Positions 50,128 to 59,945 of a DNA stretch of 64,000 nucleotides are shown here, one piece after another. The stretch is from the NCBI GenBank assembly GCA_963841905.1, contig CAWJEM010000006.1:14776-78775 (forward strand). Direction: 5' to 3'. The position numbers and the translations under genes were made by a program. The stretch is from an uncultured Acidobacteriota bacterium. GTDB lineage: Bacteria > Acidobacteriota > Vicinamibacteria > Vicinamibacterales > UBA2999. Under the pieces are notes generated by a model that had not been told where the DNA came from, did not search any database, and worked only from the letters and a program-made list of their open reading frames with translations. The stretch's first letter is position 1, and each line of letters begins with the position of its first letter.

Positions 50128-50913
50128 TGGATGCGGTGACGCAGATCGTCGCGGTTCGCAAGCAGGAGGTGGATGGTCTGCAGTCGATGCTCACGGCGTC
50201 GATGTTGGCCCATGTGGTCCTCATAGCCTTCGCATTCCTGGCACCGTCGTCGTGGTTTGGGAGTCGGACGGCCGATCAGCCGCAAAACATCATGACGATC
50301 AGCCTGGCGGGCAATCCCGGTCCCCGCACCGGGATGACGACCTCAGGCGGGCGACCGATCCAGGAAGCGGTGCCGATTGACGCCAAGAAGGTCATCGAAC
50401 CGATCAGGCCGCCGGCGGCGCGCGAGCCGGAAATGATCGAGCCGAAAAAGACCGCGCCCAAGAAGGCAGAATCCAAGGTGCGTGACGAGGCGAAGGATCC
50501 ACGCAGCCGGACGCCAATCAGGGGAGAGGAAGTGCGAAAAGGGTCGGCCCCGTCAGCGCTGAAGACGGACCGGGGGCACGACTTTGGGCTGTCAGCCGGG
50601 GGTGGGGGGACCGGCTCTTCGCTTGGACACCGCCAACTTCTGCTGCCCCGATTACATCGTCACGATGCTGGAGCTGATTCGACGGAACTGGGATTACAGG
50701 CAGCAGGCATCGGGGACCAACATCGTGAAGTTCACTATTCAGCGAGACGGAATGCTGACAGCTGTGCAACTCGAGAAGCCCAGCGGCTACCCTGCGCTCG
50801 ACCTGCTGTCCAATCGTGCTCTGCTGCTGACAAAAAGGATTCAGCCGCTCCCCGATGCCTTTACCGAACCGTCGCTGACGGTGCATCTCGTCTTCGAGTA
50901 TCAGCGCCAATGA
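50127..50913 (+). CDS. TolA/TonB-like energy transducer; apparent 1-bp insertion between 50598 and 50625
   Basis: TM with an SxxxH motif (SMLAH) and a Pro/Lys-rich linker; the next frame gives a TonB_C-like domain DTANFCCPDY..IRRNW..KFTIQRDG..SGYPALD. Occupies the tolA position. Confidence 0.8.
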
Positions 50914-52298
50914 ATCTAAAGACACTTTTGTTCTCGTCGGTTGCAATGGTCGGCTCGATCGCCATCGCCAGTTCCCAGGCACCGCAGCCTCCGACTCCCA
51001 CCAATCAGTCGCCGTCCGAGATCGGAGTGACCATCCTGGGGGCCGATCCAGGAACCGCGCCGCGGCTGGCAGTGCCCGATTTCCTCGCGCTGTCGAGCGA
51101 TCGGGAGACGCAGGACATCGCGCGGACGATCGGTGAGGTGTTGTGGGACGACCTCAACTACGAGCGCGAGTACTACATGATCCCGCGCGACACCTACAAG
51201 TCGATCCCGGTCGCAAAGGCGATCGGCGAGCCAGCGTTCGCCGAGTGGCAATCGCTCGGCGCCGACGGCCTTGTCGTTGGTTCAGTCCAGAAGGCCGGCA
51301 ACACCGTGAAGGTCGAGATGCGGCTCTATCGCGTCACCAGCCAGCAGCAGGTGTATGCCCGCGAATACAGCGGCGCCTCCGCCAACCCGCGCGTCTATGC
51401 CCACACGATCGCCGACGAGATCCACGACTCGCAGCGATACCTGCAAGGCGTTGCACGGACCAAGCTGACGTTCACATCGGACCGCAACCGCGAGCGCGTC
51501 GCCGGCACAGTCGAGAACCGTGATGTCAAAGAGGTGTACATCATGGATTACGACGGCGCGAATCCTCGCCGCGTGACCGTGAATCGGGCGCTCAACATCA
51601 CGCCGTCCTGGTCGCCCGACGCCCGCTCGATTGCCTACACGTCGTACCGGAGCGGGTTCCCCGACGTCTACATCTCGAACATCTATCAAGGCACGATGTC
51701 GGTGCCGCTCAAGGGCACCGCGAACAACCAGAACTGGCTGCCGGCGTTTTCTCCCGACGGTTCGCAAGTCGCGTTCACCACCAATCGTGATGGCAATTCC
51801 GAGATCTACATCGCGAATCGCGACGGATCGGGGTCGCGTCGTTTGACCAATCACCCTCAGATCGATACGTCGCCGACCTGGTCACCGACTGGGACGCAGA
51901 TCGCTTTCGTCTCGGATCGCAGTGGGGTGCCGTGCGTTTATGTCATGGGCACCGACGGTCTGGGCTTGCGCCAACTCAGTCGGGAGAACTCGGATCGACC
52001 GACGTGGTCACCGGCACCGTTCAACGAAGTCGCGTATACGGCTCGCACGGGCCCAGGCTACGACATCAAGGTCCTGAACCTTGCGGCTGGCGAAACCCGG
52101 CAACTCACCTTTGGGGAAGGCAGCAATGAGAGTCCGACCTGGGCGCCCAATGGACGCCATCTGGCGTTCATGTCCACACGGGCTGGTAATAGCCAAATCT
52201 TTACGGTGGATCGAGATGGTCGGAACATCCGCCAGCTCACGCGCGAGGGCAAGAACGAGATGCCGAACTGGTCGCGTGGGCCCGAACCGGCGAAGTAA
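50910..52298 (+). CDS. tolB: TolB (PD40 beta-propeller)
   Basis: Start at ATG 50910; signal peptide, AHTIADEI, IMDYDG and repeated P.WSPDG/P.FSPDG blades. The 723-aa ORF in the track is an artefactual fusion. Confidence 0.93.
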   Translation: MNLKTLLFSSVAMVGSIAIASSQAPQPPTPTNQSPSEIGVTILGADPGTAPRLAVPDFLALSSDRETQDIARTIGEVLWDDLNYEREYYMIPRDTYKSIPVAKAIGEPAFAEWQSLGADGLVVGSVQKAGNTVKVEMRLYRVTSQQQVYAREYSGASANPRVYAHTIADEIHDSQRYLQGVARTKLTFTSDRNRERVAGTVENRDVKEVYIMDYDGANPRRVTVNRALNITPSWSPDARSIAYTSYRSGFPDVYISNIYQGTMSVPLKGTANNQNWLPAFSPDGSQVAFTTNRDGNSEIYIANRDGSGSRRLTNHPQIDTSPTWSPTGTQIAFVSDRSGVPCVYVMGTDGLGLRQLSRENSDRPTWSPAPFNEVAYTARTGPGYDIKVLNLAAGETRQLTFGEGSNESPTWAPNGRHLAFMSTRAGNSQIFTVDRDGRNIRQLTREGKNEMPNWSRGPEPAK

Positions 52299-52330
52299 GA
52301 ATTAACACGACGATCGAGGGGACAGTAACG

Positions 52331-52894
52331 ATGAATCACCGACGAACGCTCCTCACACTGGCGCTGGTTCTGACGATCGCAATCGCAGCCTGTGCGAAGA
52401 AACCGACCCCGATCCCACGTCCTGCGCCGCCTCCGCCCAGCGCCGGATCGATTCCTCCGCCGCCCCCGCAGGCGGTGAACGAGCCGATCCCTGTGCCGCC
52501 CGAGCCGCTCGCCGAAGACGCGCTGGGTTCCAAGCCGCTCGACGATCTCAACCGCGACTCTCCTCTCAAGCCGGTCTTCTTCCTGCTCGACAGTGCCGAA
52601 CTCCTCGGCGACGCGCAGGCGATCCTCCAGCAGAACGCGGGCGTATTGAAAAAGTATGCGACGTGGCAAATCACGATCGAAGGGCACTGCGACGAGCGAG
52701 GGTCAGCGGAATACAACCTGGCGCTCGGCGAGCGCCGGGCCTTGGCCGCCCGCGACTATCTCGTCTCGCTCGGGATCGGCGCCAATCGAGTTCGCACGGT
52801 GAGCTACGGCAAGGAATTCCCCTTCGATCCCGGACATCAGGAAGGTGCGTGGAGCAAGAACCGTCGCGCCCACTTCGTCATTACCGCGAGGTAA
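52331..52894 (+). CDS. pal: Peptidoglycan-associated lipoprotein Pal
   Basis: Lipobox IAAC; IEGHCDERGSAEYNLALGERRA, SYGKEFP and NRRA. Confidence 0.96.
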   Translation: MNHRRTLLTLALVLTIAIAACAKKPTPIPRPAPPPPSAGSIPPPPPQAVNEPIPVPPEPLAEDALGSKPLDDLNRDSPLKPVFFLLDSAELLGDAQAILQQNAGVLKKYATWQITIEGHCDERGSAEYNLALGERRALAARDYLVSLGIGANRVRTVSYGKEFPFDPGHQEGAWSKNRRAHFVITAR

Positions 52895-52934
52895 GGCACG
52901 GCCGGCATCGGAGCGCGTCGCGATGGGGAGGATA

Positions 52935-53828
52935 ATGATTGGTATGAAGAGAGTAGTGCTCGGCCTTGCCGCGGCCCTCGTGGTGTCGGCGCCCGCGATC
53001 GCAAACGCGCAGAATCGCCGCGAGATGCAGATGATGGCCGACATCCGCATGCTGCAGGAACAGAACCAGCAGTTGCAGGTCGTGTTGACCCAACTTGGCG
53101 ACACCTTGAAGGCGCTCAATGCGCGGCTCGACGATCAGGGCAACGTCAACCGGAAGGGCTTTGCGGATTCGAATCTGAAGGTGGATCAGTTTGCCACCGA
53201 CTTGCGCGTGGTGCGCGAGCGCGTGGACGAAACCAACGTCCGTATTGCCTCACTCTCGCAGGAGGTTGAGGCGCTTCGGCTTTCGATTCCACAATATCCG
53301 CCTCCCGCGCCAGCCGTGCCCGATGGGTCAGCCAATCCTGACGCCCCGCCTGCGCCAGCACCCGGAAGCCCGGGAACGGGAGTCCCGGGGCCTTCGCCGA
53401 CCACGCCGCCACCTCCGCCACCCACTCCACTCGGTCCCGGGGTGTCACCGCAGCGCCTGTACGACACGGCGTGGGCCGACTACACGTCTGGTCAGTGGGA
53501 CCTGTGCGTCAGCGGTTTCGACACCTACCTCCGGACGTTCCCCAAGAGCGAGTTGGCAGACGAGGCCCAGTTGTACATTGGCGAGTGCAACTACTCGAGC
53601 GGTAAGCACCAGGAGGCCATCCAGGCCTACACCCAGGTCATTACGCTCTATCCGCGCGGGCAATCGGTCGCCCCTGCGTACTACAAGCGAGGATTGGCGT
53701 TCGAGAACCTCAAGCAGATGGAGCGCGCGCGCGAGTCGTTCGAGGCCGTGTTGAAGAACTTTCCAGACAGCGATGCCGCTCGCCTCGCAAAGCAAGCGCT
53801 CGATCGGCTGAACAAGGGGAAGGGCTAG
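52935..53828 (+). CDS. cpoB: CpoB/YbgF (coiled coil plus TPR)
   Basis: Signal peptide, coiled coil, Pro-rich linker and three TPRs (YLRTFPKSELADEAQLYIG; YP....PAYYKRG; FPDSDAA); follows pal. Start 52935 or 52944. Confidence 0.9.
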   Translation: MIGMKRVVLGLAAALVVSAPAIANAQNRREMQMMADIRMLQEQNQQLQVVLTQLGDTLKALNARLDDQGNVNRKGFADSNLKVDQFATDLRVVRERVDETNVRIASLSQEVEALRLSIPQYPPPAPAVPDGSANPDAPPAPAPGSPGTGVPGPSPTTPPPPPPTPLGPGVSPQRLYDTAWADYTSGQWDLCVSGFDTYLRTFPKSELADEAQLYIGECNYSSGKHQEAIQAYTQVITLYPRGQSVAPAYYKRGLAFENLKQMERARESFEAVLKNFPDSDAARLAKQALDRLNKGKG

Positions 53829-53829
53829 T

Positions 53830-54026
53830 AGGTGCCTGGGTGCCTAGCGTGCCTAGGTGCCTGAGTGCGGGTGCATAAGGTGCATAGGCGCAGTGGGTGC
53901 ATGGGTGCTGCGCATCACCTCCGCACCGAAGGACCTTAAAGCACCGTAAGCACCGTAAGCACCTTAAAGCACACCTATGCACTAGCACCCCAGGCACGTC
54001 AGGCACCCCAGGCACCTTAGGCACGT
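53830..54026. repeat. Inverted pair of ~8-9-bp GGTGC / GCACC tandem arrays
   Basis: Left arm aggtgcctgggtgcctagcgtgcctaggtgcctgagtgc; right arm aagcaccgtaagcaccgtaagcacc...aggcacgtcaggcaccccaggcaccttaggcac. Confidence 0.88.
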
Positions 54027-54067
54027 TACACTGTTCCCATCGAGGTCAAGAAAGGTAGCGTCGAGCT

Positions 54068-54493
54068 ATGGGCAGTGTAAACAAAGTGATTCTGGTGGGC
54101 AATCTCGGGCGGGACGCCGAAGTGCGTTACACGCCGGGCGGGGCCGCGGTCGCGAGCTTCAGCATCGCCACCACTGAAAACTGGACGTCGAAGGACGGTG
54201 AGAAGCACGAACAGACCGAGTGGCATCGGATTGTGCTGTGGGGGAAGACGGCCGAGTCGTTGCAGCCGTACCTGACGAAAGGCAAACAGATCTACGTCGA
54301 AGGTCGTCTCCAGACACGAAGCTGGGAGAAGGACGGCCAGAAGCACTACACCACCGAGGTCAAAGCTGATCGCCTGGTGCTGCTGGGCGGCGGTCGCGGC
54401 GCCGGCGGAGAGCGCTCAGATCGCGGCGAGGGCGCCTACACCGATCCCTTGAAGGAACCGGCGCCGATCACCGACGACGACATCCCCTTCTAG
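54068..54493 (+). CDS. ssb: Single-stranded DNA-binding protein
   Basis: [36 protein letters not shown] and C-terminal DDDIPF. Confidence 0.97.
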   Translation: MGSVNKVILVGNLGRDAEVRYTPGGAAVASFSIATTENWTSKDGEKHEQTEWHRIVLWGKTAESLQPYLTKGKQIYVEGRLQTRSWEKDGQKHYTTEVKADRLVLLGGGRGAGGERSDRGEGAYTDPLKEPAPITDDDIPF

Positions 54494-54560
54494 CCAGTGA
54501 TCAGTGATCAGTGGTCGGTGACCAGTTGGATCACCGATCACCGATCACCGATCACTGATT
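54494..54560. repeat. Inverted pair of 7-bp tandem arrays (AGTGATC / GATCACC) between convergent genes
   Basis: cagtgatcagtgatcagtggtcggtgacc-agttg-gatcaccgatcaccgatcaccgatcactga; contains the cupin stop codon. Confidence 0.88.
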
Positions 54561-54902
54561 ATTGATTCTCCCGTAGCGGTCCTCGAGCCGGACGACGTCT
54601 TCCACTTCTGGCGTTGAGACTTCGAAAATGTCGGTGTCCTCGATGGCCGTCATGCGATGGACGGTCGGCGGTGTGACGTGGACCGCATCACCAGGGCCCA
54701 TCTCGCGGCCTACGAGCTTGCCGGCCCCATCGTGGGTCTCGAAGAGGATCCGGCCCTTCCACACCAGGATCGTCTCGTCCTTCTTCTCGTGATATTGCAG
54801 GCTGAGCGCGTGGCCCTTGTTGACGTGAATCAGCTTGCCGACGTAACGGTCGGTCCTCGCCCACCACAACTCGTACCCCCACGGCTTGTCGACGCGATGC
54901 AC
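54552..54902 (-). CDS. Cupin protein (type II phosphomannose-isomerase C-terminal-like)
   Basis: KPWGYE, LSLQYHEKKDET, HRM, EVSTP and DVVRLEDRYGR; RBS GGAGG before the GTG. Confidence 0.88.
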   Translation of the reverse strand: MHRVDKPWGYELWWARTDRYVGKLIHVNKGHALSLQYHEKKDETILVWKGRILFETHDGAGKLVGREMGPGDAVHVTPPTVHRMTAIEDTDIFEVSTPEVEDVVRLEDRYGRINNQ

Positions 54903-54903
54903 G

Positions 54904-54985
54904 TCCGTGTCCTCCGTATGCCTGTGTCAGCCTTCCGTGCTTCCGTGGCTTCCCTCTTGAGGCAGAAGCTACACGGGTGAACGGA
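54904..54985. repeat. Degenerate TCCGTG array with short ACGG inverse arm
   Basis: tccgtgtcctccgtatgcctgtgtcagccttccgtgcttccgtgg ... acacgggtgaacgga. Confidence 0.5.
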
Positions 54986-54988
54986 TTG

Positions 54989-56725
54989 TCAACGTTCGCC
55001 GCGAGGTGTCACGGTCAGCTCCAGCGAGTCGTACAGGAATTTCTCGATCTCCTCAGCGGTGGCCAGCGTCAGCGCATGACTGGCCATCGTACGAGCCCGG
55101 GCCGCATTGAGGTTGCGAACGGCGTCCTGGGCCATTGGAATCGCGGCCGGTGTCATGCTGAAGTCGGTGAGGCCCAGCCCAATCAACAGGCCCAGCAGGG
55201 CCGGATCGGACGCCATTTCTCCACACAATGACACCGGGATCATTCGGCGCGAGGCCGCGCGCCTGACCAGGCGGATCAGTCGTAGCACGGCCGGGTGCAG
55301 CGGCTCGTAGAAGGCCGAGACGCGATCATCGGTGCGATCGACGGCGAGGCAATACTGAATCAGATCATTGGTCCCGATGGTGAGGAAGTCCACCTCGGGA
55401 GCCAGCAGGTCGGCGGCGAGCGCGGCCGCCGGAACCTCGACCATCGCGCCAACTGCCGGTGCCGGTAGCGCCAAGTCGGCACAGACCTCCGCCAGGATCG
55501 CCTTCGCCTCCCTCACTTCCTCGATACCGGTCACGAAGGGAAACATGATGCGCAGGCGGCCCCGCGTCCCGGCCCGGACAAGTGCGCGGAGCTGCGTCGA
55601 CAGAATCTCCGGGCGTGCGAGCCCGAGCCGGAGCCCTCGCAATCCGGGCCGCCCGCGCCGCCGCTCCGGTCCGCGCAGCCCCAGCTGCCGCTCGTCGAGA
55701 TCGAAAGTCCGAATGGTGACGGGTTGAGGCGCGACTTGCTCAATCAGGCGAGTGTAGAGGGCATACTGCGCGTCCTCGGTCGCGCTGGCCAGCGAGCGCC
55801 CGGACAAGATGAACTCGGACCGATAGAGGCCCACGCCTTGGGCTCCGTGTGCGTCCAGCAACTCCAGGTCCTCGAGCAGTTCGATGTTCGCTTGCAGCCG
55901 CACGTCGACACCATCGGTCGTTCGTACGGGATCCCTGACGAGGCTGCCTTCTCGCCTCGTGGTGGCCGCGACGGAAGGCCGAGCCGCATGCCGACGCGCT
56001 TCGTCAATGGCCTCTGGCGAGGGACTGGCCACGAGCTCGCCGGTCGCCCCGTTGAGGATGACGGGAGTGCCAGCGCCGACGCGCTGCGAGGCGTCATGCA
56101 ACCCCACCACCGCAGGTACTTTCAGCGAGCGGGCGAGGATGGCAGTGTGATAGGTGCGGCTGCCGGCGTCGACGGCAAAACCCTGAATGCGCGTCCAGTC
56201 GAGTTGAGCGGCGAGCGACGCGGTCAGTTCGTCGGCGATGAGCACCGAGGGTCCATCGAGCTCGCTCAGGAGGTCGCGAGCGCCACGCGCGCCGTGACGG
56301 AGATTCATGCGAAGGCGACCAGCGACGTCGGCGACATCGTTCTCGCGCTCGCGCAAGTACTCGTCTTCGACGCTGGCGAACACGGTTCCGAGCTCTTCGT
56401 AGGCGCGATAGACCGCCCATCCGGCGTTTACCCGCTCGCTCCGGATAATCTCCTCCGCCCGCCCCACGAACAGAGCATCGTCGAGCATCAGGATCTGCGC
56501 GTCGAAAATGGCGGCCAGTTCCGCGCCCCGGGCGACCTGTACCCGATCGCGAATGTCCTGCAGTTGCTGCTGCGACTGCTGCCGCGCGGCGTGCAACGTG
56601 GCGACTTCGCGATCGACCCGGTCCGGGGAGATCGGAAACCGAATGGCTTCTGTTCTCAACGTCAGGATTACCGCCCGGCCGATTGCGATGCCCGGCGAGA
56701 CGCCGATTCCGTTCAAGCGTTCCAC
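54989..56725 (-). CDS. ptsI: PTS enzyme I (PEP-protein phosphotransferase), no GAF domain
   Basis: Start GTG 56725; GIGVSPGIAIG, GSRTYHTAILAR (phospho-His), GVGLYRSEF, MVEVPAAA, IGTNDLIQY and CGEMA. Confidence 0.95.
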   Translation of the reverse strand: MERLNGIGVSPGIAIGRAVILTLRTEAIRFPISPDRVDREVATLHAARQQSQQQLQDIRDRVQVARGAELAAIFDAQILMLDDALFVGRAEEIIRSERVNAGWAVYRAYEELGTVFASVEDEYLRERENDVADVAGRLRMNLRHGARGARDLLSELDGPSVLIADELTASLAAQLDWTRIQGFAVDAGSRTYHTAILARSLKVPAVVGLHDASQRVGAGTPVILNGATGELVASPSPEAIDEARRHAARPSVAATTRREGSLVRDPVRTTDGVDVRLQANIELLEDLELLDAHGAQGVGLYRSEFILSGRSLASATEDAQYALYTRLIEQVAPQPVTIRTFDLDERQLGLRGPERRRGRPGLRGLRLGLARPEILSTQLRALVRAGTRGRLRIMFPFVTGIEEVREAKAILAEVCADLALPAPAVGAMVEVPAAALAADLLAPEVDFLTIGTNDLIQYCLAVDRTDDRVSAFYEPLHPAVLRLIRLVRRAASRRMIPVSLCGEMASDPALLGLLIGLGLTDFSMTPAAIPMAQDAVRNLNAARARTMASHALTLATAEEIEKFLYDSLELTVTPRGER

Positions 56726-56991
56726 GTGTCCTCTCCAAAGCCGCTGTCCACGAGCTGGCACAGCGCGGTGAGGGCCTCCTCTTCGTCGGTGCCGTCGGCG
56801 GCGATCGTAATCGTCGAACCGCACGCCGCCGCGAGCAGCAGGATGCCCATGATGCTTTTCCCGTCCATGACGCGCCCGTCGCGCGACACGTGGATGTGTG
56901 CGCGAAAGCGCGTGGCAAGGTGCACGAATTTCGCTGCGGCCCGCGCGTGCAGCCCCAGGCGATTGCGAATGGTCACGTCACAGCTGGTCAC
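56713..56991 (-). CDS. ptsH: Phosphocarrier protein HPr
   Basis: Start GTG 56991; GLHARAAAKFV (His15) and DGKSIMGIL (Ser46). Confidence 0.95.
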   Translation of the reverse strand: MTSCDVTIRNRLGLHARAAAKFVHLATRFRAHIHVSRDGRVMDGKSIMGILLLAAACGSTITIAADGTDEEEALTALCQLVDSGFGEDTWNA

Positions 56992-57056
56992 GTTCAAAAC
57001 CCAGCACAGCTGCGCTTCGATAGCGCCCTCGTCATGATGATGGCCTTGGCAGATGT

Positions 57057-57467
57057 CTACGGCGGCGTGGTGCCCTTCAACAGATCCGATGCCACCCAAA
57101 TCGCGTTGCGGCCATGCTCGCGCAGCGATCGGGCGACCTCGGTCAGGTCCTGCTGCTCCCGCAGATTGGCGGCCTTGATCAGCATGGGCAGGTTGACGCC
57201 GGTAACCACCTCCACCTTGTCGGGCTCGAGAAATGTGATCCCGAGATTGGCGGGGGTACCGCCAAACATATCGGTCGCGACCAGGACGCCTTCAGGCCCC
57301 TGCACGCGCGCGATGGCCGCGGCGATTTCTTCTCGAGCGTCCTGAACGTCTTCGTGCCACCCGATCGAGACCGCCGTGAACGTTGGCAAATCGCCCACGA
57401 TGGCCTCGGCGGCGTTCAACAGCTCGATAGCCAGTTGTCCATGGGTGACGACCACCACGCCAATCAT
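57057..57467 (-). CDS. PTS EIIA, mannose/fructose family (stand-alone)
   Basis: VVVTHG, TDMFGGTPAN and VTGVNLPMLI. Confidence 0.93.
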   Translation of the reverse strand: MIGVVVVTHGQLAIELLNAAEAIVGDLPTFTAVSIGWHEDVQDAREEIAAAIARVQGPEGVLVATDMFGGTPANLGITFLEPDKVEVVTGVNLPMLIKAANLREQQDLTEVARSLREHGRNAIWVASDLLKGTTPP

Positions 57468-57489
57468 CGGCGGTGCTCCTCCGCACGTG

Positions 57490-58428
57490 TCATGACACGT
57501 CCCTCGTGAGGTCGCGGTGGCGGGCGCGGGTGGTGATGCCCTTCAAAGCGCCCAGCTCCTTCTTGAGGAGCTCCGCCAGATAGACCGATCGATGGCGCCC
57601 ACCGGTGCAGCCAATCGCCACGGTCAAGTACGACTTTCCTTCGGCGATGTAGTGCGGCACCAGGTAGCGCAGAAAACCCGCCAGGCGCTGCGTGAATTCC
57701 CGGGTCGCGGGATAGCGTCGCATGTAGGTCGCGACGGCTTTGTCGCGACCGGTCTTCGATCGAAGGCCGGCGACAAAATGAGGATTGGGCAAGAAGCGGC
57801 AGTCGAACACAAGGTCCGCATCGAGTGGCACGCCGTGTTTGAAGCCAAAGCTTTGCAAGGTCAGGATCAGTGGCGCACGCTGGTGACGAGCCTGTACCAT
57901 GCCACGAAACACTTCCCGCAGCTCGTGCACGGTGAGATCGGAGGTGTCGACGATCTTGTCGGCCATTGCGCGGATTGGCGCTAGTACCTGCCGTTCCTCG
58001 CTGACCGCATCGGCCACCGGACGATCAGGGGAGAGCGGATGCGGCCGCCGCGTTTCGCTGAATCGGCGCAACAGGGTGGCGTCCGTCGCCTCGAGGAAAA
58101 CGAGCATCGGATGCAGGCCGGCGGTGGCGCGTAACCGCCGCCACGCTTGGGGGAACTCGCGCACGAACCGCCGCTCACGCACGTCGACGACGACGGCAAC
58201 CTTGGGGTTGTCGGCCTCTTCGTGGAGCGACAGATCGGCCAATACCGGGATCAGTGGCGTCGGCAGATTGTCGACGCAGTAGAACCCGAGATCCTCGAGC
58301 GCGCGGATCGCGTGCGACTTGCCGGCCCCCGACAGACCGGTGAGGACGAGAAAGTTGGCGTCGGCCTTTGCTCGCGCACCGCGCCGCCGCAGTGGCGGGC
58401 GCTTGCGGCTTCGCGGGGCCGCGCTCAC
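57490..58428 (-). CDS. rapZ: RapZ/YvcJ-family P-loop protein
   Basis: Start GTG 58428; TGLSGAGKS, LEDLGFYCVDNLP, RRFSETRRPHPL, SFGFKHG, DCRFLPNP and IGCTGGRHRSV. Confidence 0.94.
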   Translation of the reverse strand: MSAAPRSRKRPPLRRRGARAKADANFLVLTGLSGAGKSHAIRALEDLGFYCVDNLPTPLIPVLADLSLHEEADNPKVAVVVDVRERRFVREFPQAWRRLRATAGLHPMLVFLEATDATLLRRFSETRRPHPLSPDRPVADAVSEERQVLAPIRAMADKIVDTSDLTVHELREVFRGMVQARHQRAPLILTLQSFGFKHGVPLDADLVFDCRFLPNPHFVAGLRSKTGRDKAVATYMRRYPATREFTQRLAGFLRYLVPHYIAEGKSYLTVAIGCTGGRHRSVYLAELLKKELGALKGITTRARHRDLTRDVS

Positions 58429-59429
58429 AGCGTCCCTCCAGGATCGATATCCTCGTCCGGGTCGTCCAGCGGCGACGCCCCGGCCTCCTGACGAAGGCGT
58501 GCGTCCAGACGCGCCGCAAGGTCGCGCGCGGCGTTGAGGCCACGCGTCCGAAGCAACTGATTGCGCGCGGCGACTTCCACGAGGATGGCCAGGTTGCGCC
58601 CTGGTGCTACCGGCATCCGAATCAGTGGAACGCGCAAGCCGAGGAGCTCGAAATACGCATCGTCGAGACCAAGCCGGTCGTACTCGCGATGTGGGTCCCA
58701 ACGCTCGAGCTGAACCACCAACTCCACGCGCTTCGACGCCCGCGTCGAGGCCACGCCAAAGAGATCGCGAAGATTGATCACGCCAATGCCACGCACTTCC
58801 ATGTGGTGCCGCGTGAGCTCGGGACAGCTGCCGACGATAATCGATGCCGCGCGCAGCCGAATCTCGACGGTGTCGTCGGCGACCAACCGGTGGCCGCGGA
58901 CGATGAGGTCGAGCGCGCACTCGCTCTTCCCGATCCCGCTCTCGCCGATCATGAGAACGCCAAGGCCGAGAATATCGAGGAGGACGCCGTGGATGACCTC
59001 GCGGACCGCGAGGCGATCCTCGAGCAGGGCGCTCAGCTTGCCGATGGCGGTCGCCGTGCCCACTCGTGTGCTCAGCAGAGGCACGCCGGCGCGGTCGGCC
59101 TCTTGGACCAGATCGTTCGGCGCTTCGAGTCCGCCGGTAATCAGCACGCACGGCACTTCGGTCGCAAACGATTGTCCCAAGGCGCGCTGGCGCGCCATCG
59201 GTTCGAGGCCCTCGAGATAGCGCACCTCGCTTTCGCCGTAGATCAGCACCCGCCCGGGGTGGAGATACTCGTGGAACCCGGCGAGCGCGAGTCCAGTCTT
59301 CTGGATGTAGGGATTGGTGATCCGTCGCTCAAGACCGCGGCCCCCCGCCAACAGCTCGAGGGGGAGGCCAACGGATTCGGGGCGGGACTCCAGCAGACCG
59401 CCGACGGTCACGGCCGGAACTGTCGACAT
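58425..59429 (-). CDS. hprK: HPr kinase/phosphorylase
   Basis: Start at ATG 59429; GLALAGF, HGVLLD, GESGIGKSECALDL..RGHRLVADD, MEVRGIGVI and PVAPGRNLA. Confidence 0.96.
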   Translation of the reverse strand: MSTVPAVTVGGLLESRPESVGLPLELLAGGRGLERRITNPYIQKTGLALAGFHEYLHPGRVLIYGESEVRYLEGLEPMARQRALGQSFATEVPCVLITGGLEAPNDLVQEADRAGVPLLSTRVGTATAIGKLSALLEDRLAVREVIHGVLLDILGLGVLMIGESGIGKSECALDLIVRGHRLVADDTVEIRLRAASIIVGSCPELTRHHMEVRGIGVINLRDLFGVASTRASKRVELVVQLERWDPHREYDRLGLDDAYFELLGLRVPLIRMPVAPGRNLAILVEVAARNQLLRTRGLNAARDLAARLDARLRQEAGASPLDDPDEDIDPGGTL

Positions 59430-59445
59430 TAGACCGGCGCGTAGT

Positions 59446-59913
59446 TTAACGCCGCACGCGGGGCGCGCGTCGGCTGGCACGGCGTGACGTGGTCGTTGCC
59501 CGTTCGAGTGACCGACGCTCGCTGGCCGGTACGCCGCCGGTCACCGGGGCGGCCTTGCGTGAGACGGCTTTCCGGGCCGCCCGAGGGACCTTCACCGATC
59601 GCGCCGCCTCGCCTCGCCGCTTGCGTTCCTGCCACTTCCCTTTCACCTTTTCCGTCTGGTGCATCACCTTGGCGACGACGGTGGTCATCGCGGTTTCCCA
59701 ACTGGTGGCCTTGGCCGCGGCATGCAGGAACCGCTCGCCCCGCGCATGCAGCGTGATCTCGACCACGTTATTGACCTTTTCCTTGGTCACGACGACCGCC
59801 GCGGACACGCCCGCGTCGTTCAGCACCCGCCGGACCTTGCCGAGCTTTCGATCGATGAGATTGCGCAGCCCCGGGGAAATCGTGAGGCGACGGCCGGTCA
59901 GTTCAACACGCAT
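59446..59913 (-). CDS. hpf: Ribosome hibernation factor (HPF/RaiA) with basic C-terminal tail
   Basis: From ATG 59913: MRVELTGRRLTISPGLRNLIDRKLGKV...VEITLHARG; standard position after rpoN. Confidence 0.85.
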   Translation of the reverse strand: MRVELTGRRLTISPGLRNLIDRKLGKVRRVLNDAGVSAAVVVTKEKVNNVVEITLHARGERFLHAAAKATSWETAMTTVVAKVMHQTEKVKGKWQERKRRGEAARSVKVPRAARKAVSRKAAPVTGGVPASERRSLERATTTSRRASRRAPRVRR

Positions 59914-59945
59914 CGAGATGTCACGCGCCCGCGGGAGGCCGCGTC

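Noticed and set aside
50127-52298. 723-aa TolA-TolB fusion ORF
   Set aside because: Artefact of a 1-bp frameshift. The TonB_C-like domain is in another frame and TolB has its own ATG (50910) and signal peptide.
56718-56733. GTTCCACGTGTCC as a parS site
   Set aside because: Only a half match, and it overlaps the ptsH/ptsI coding junction.
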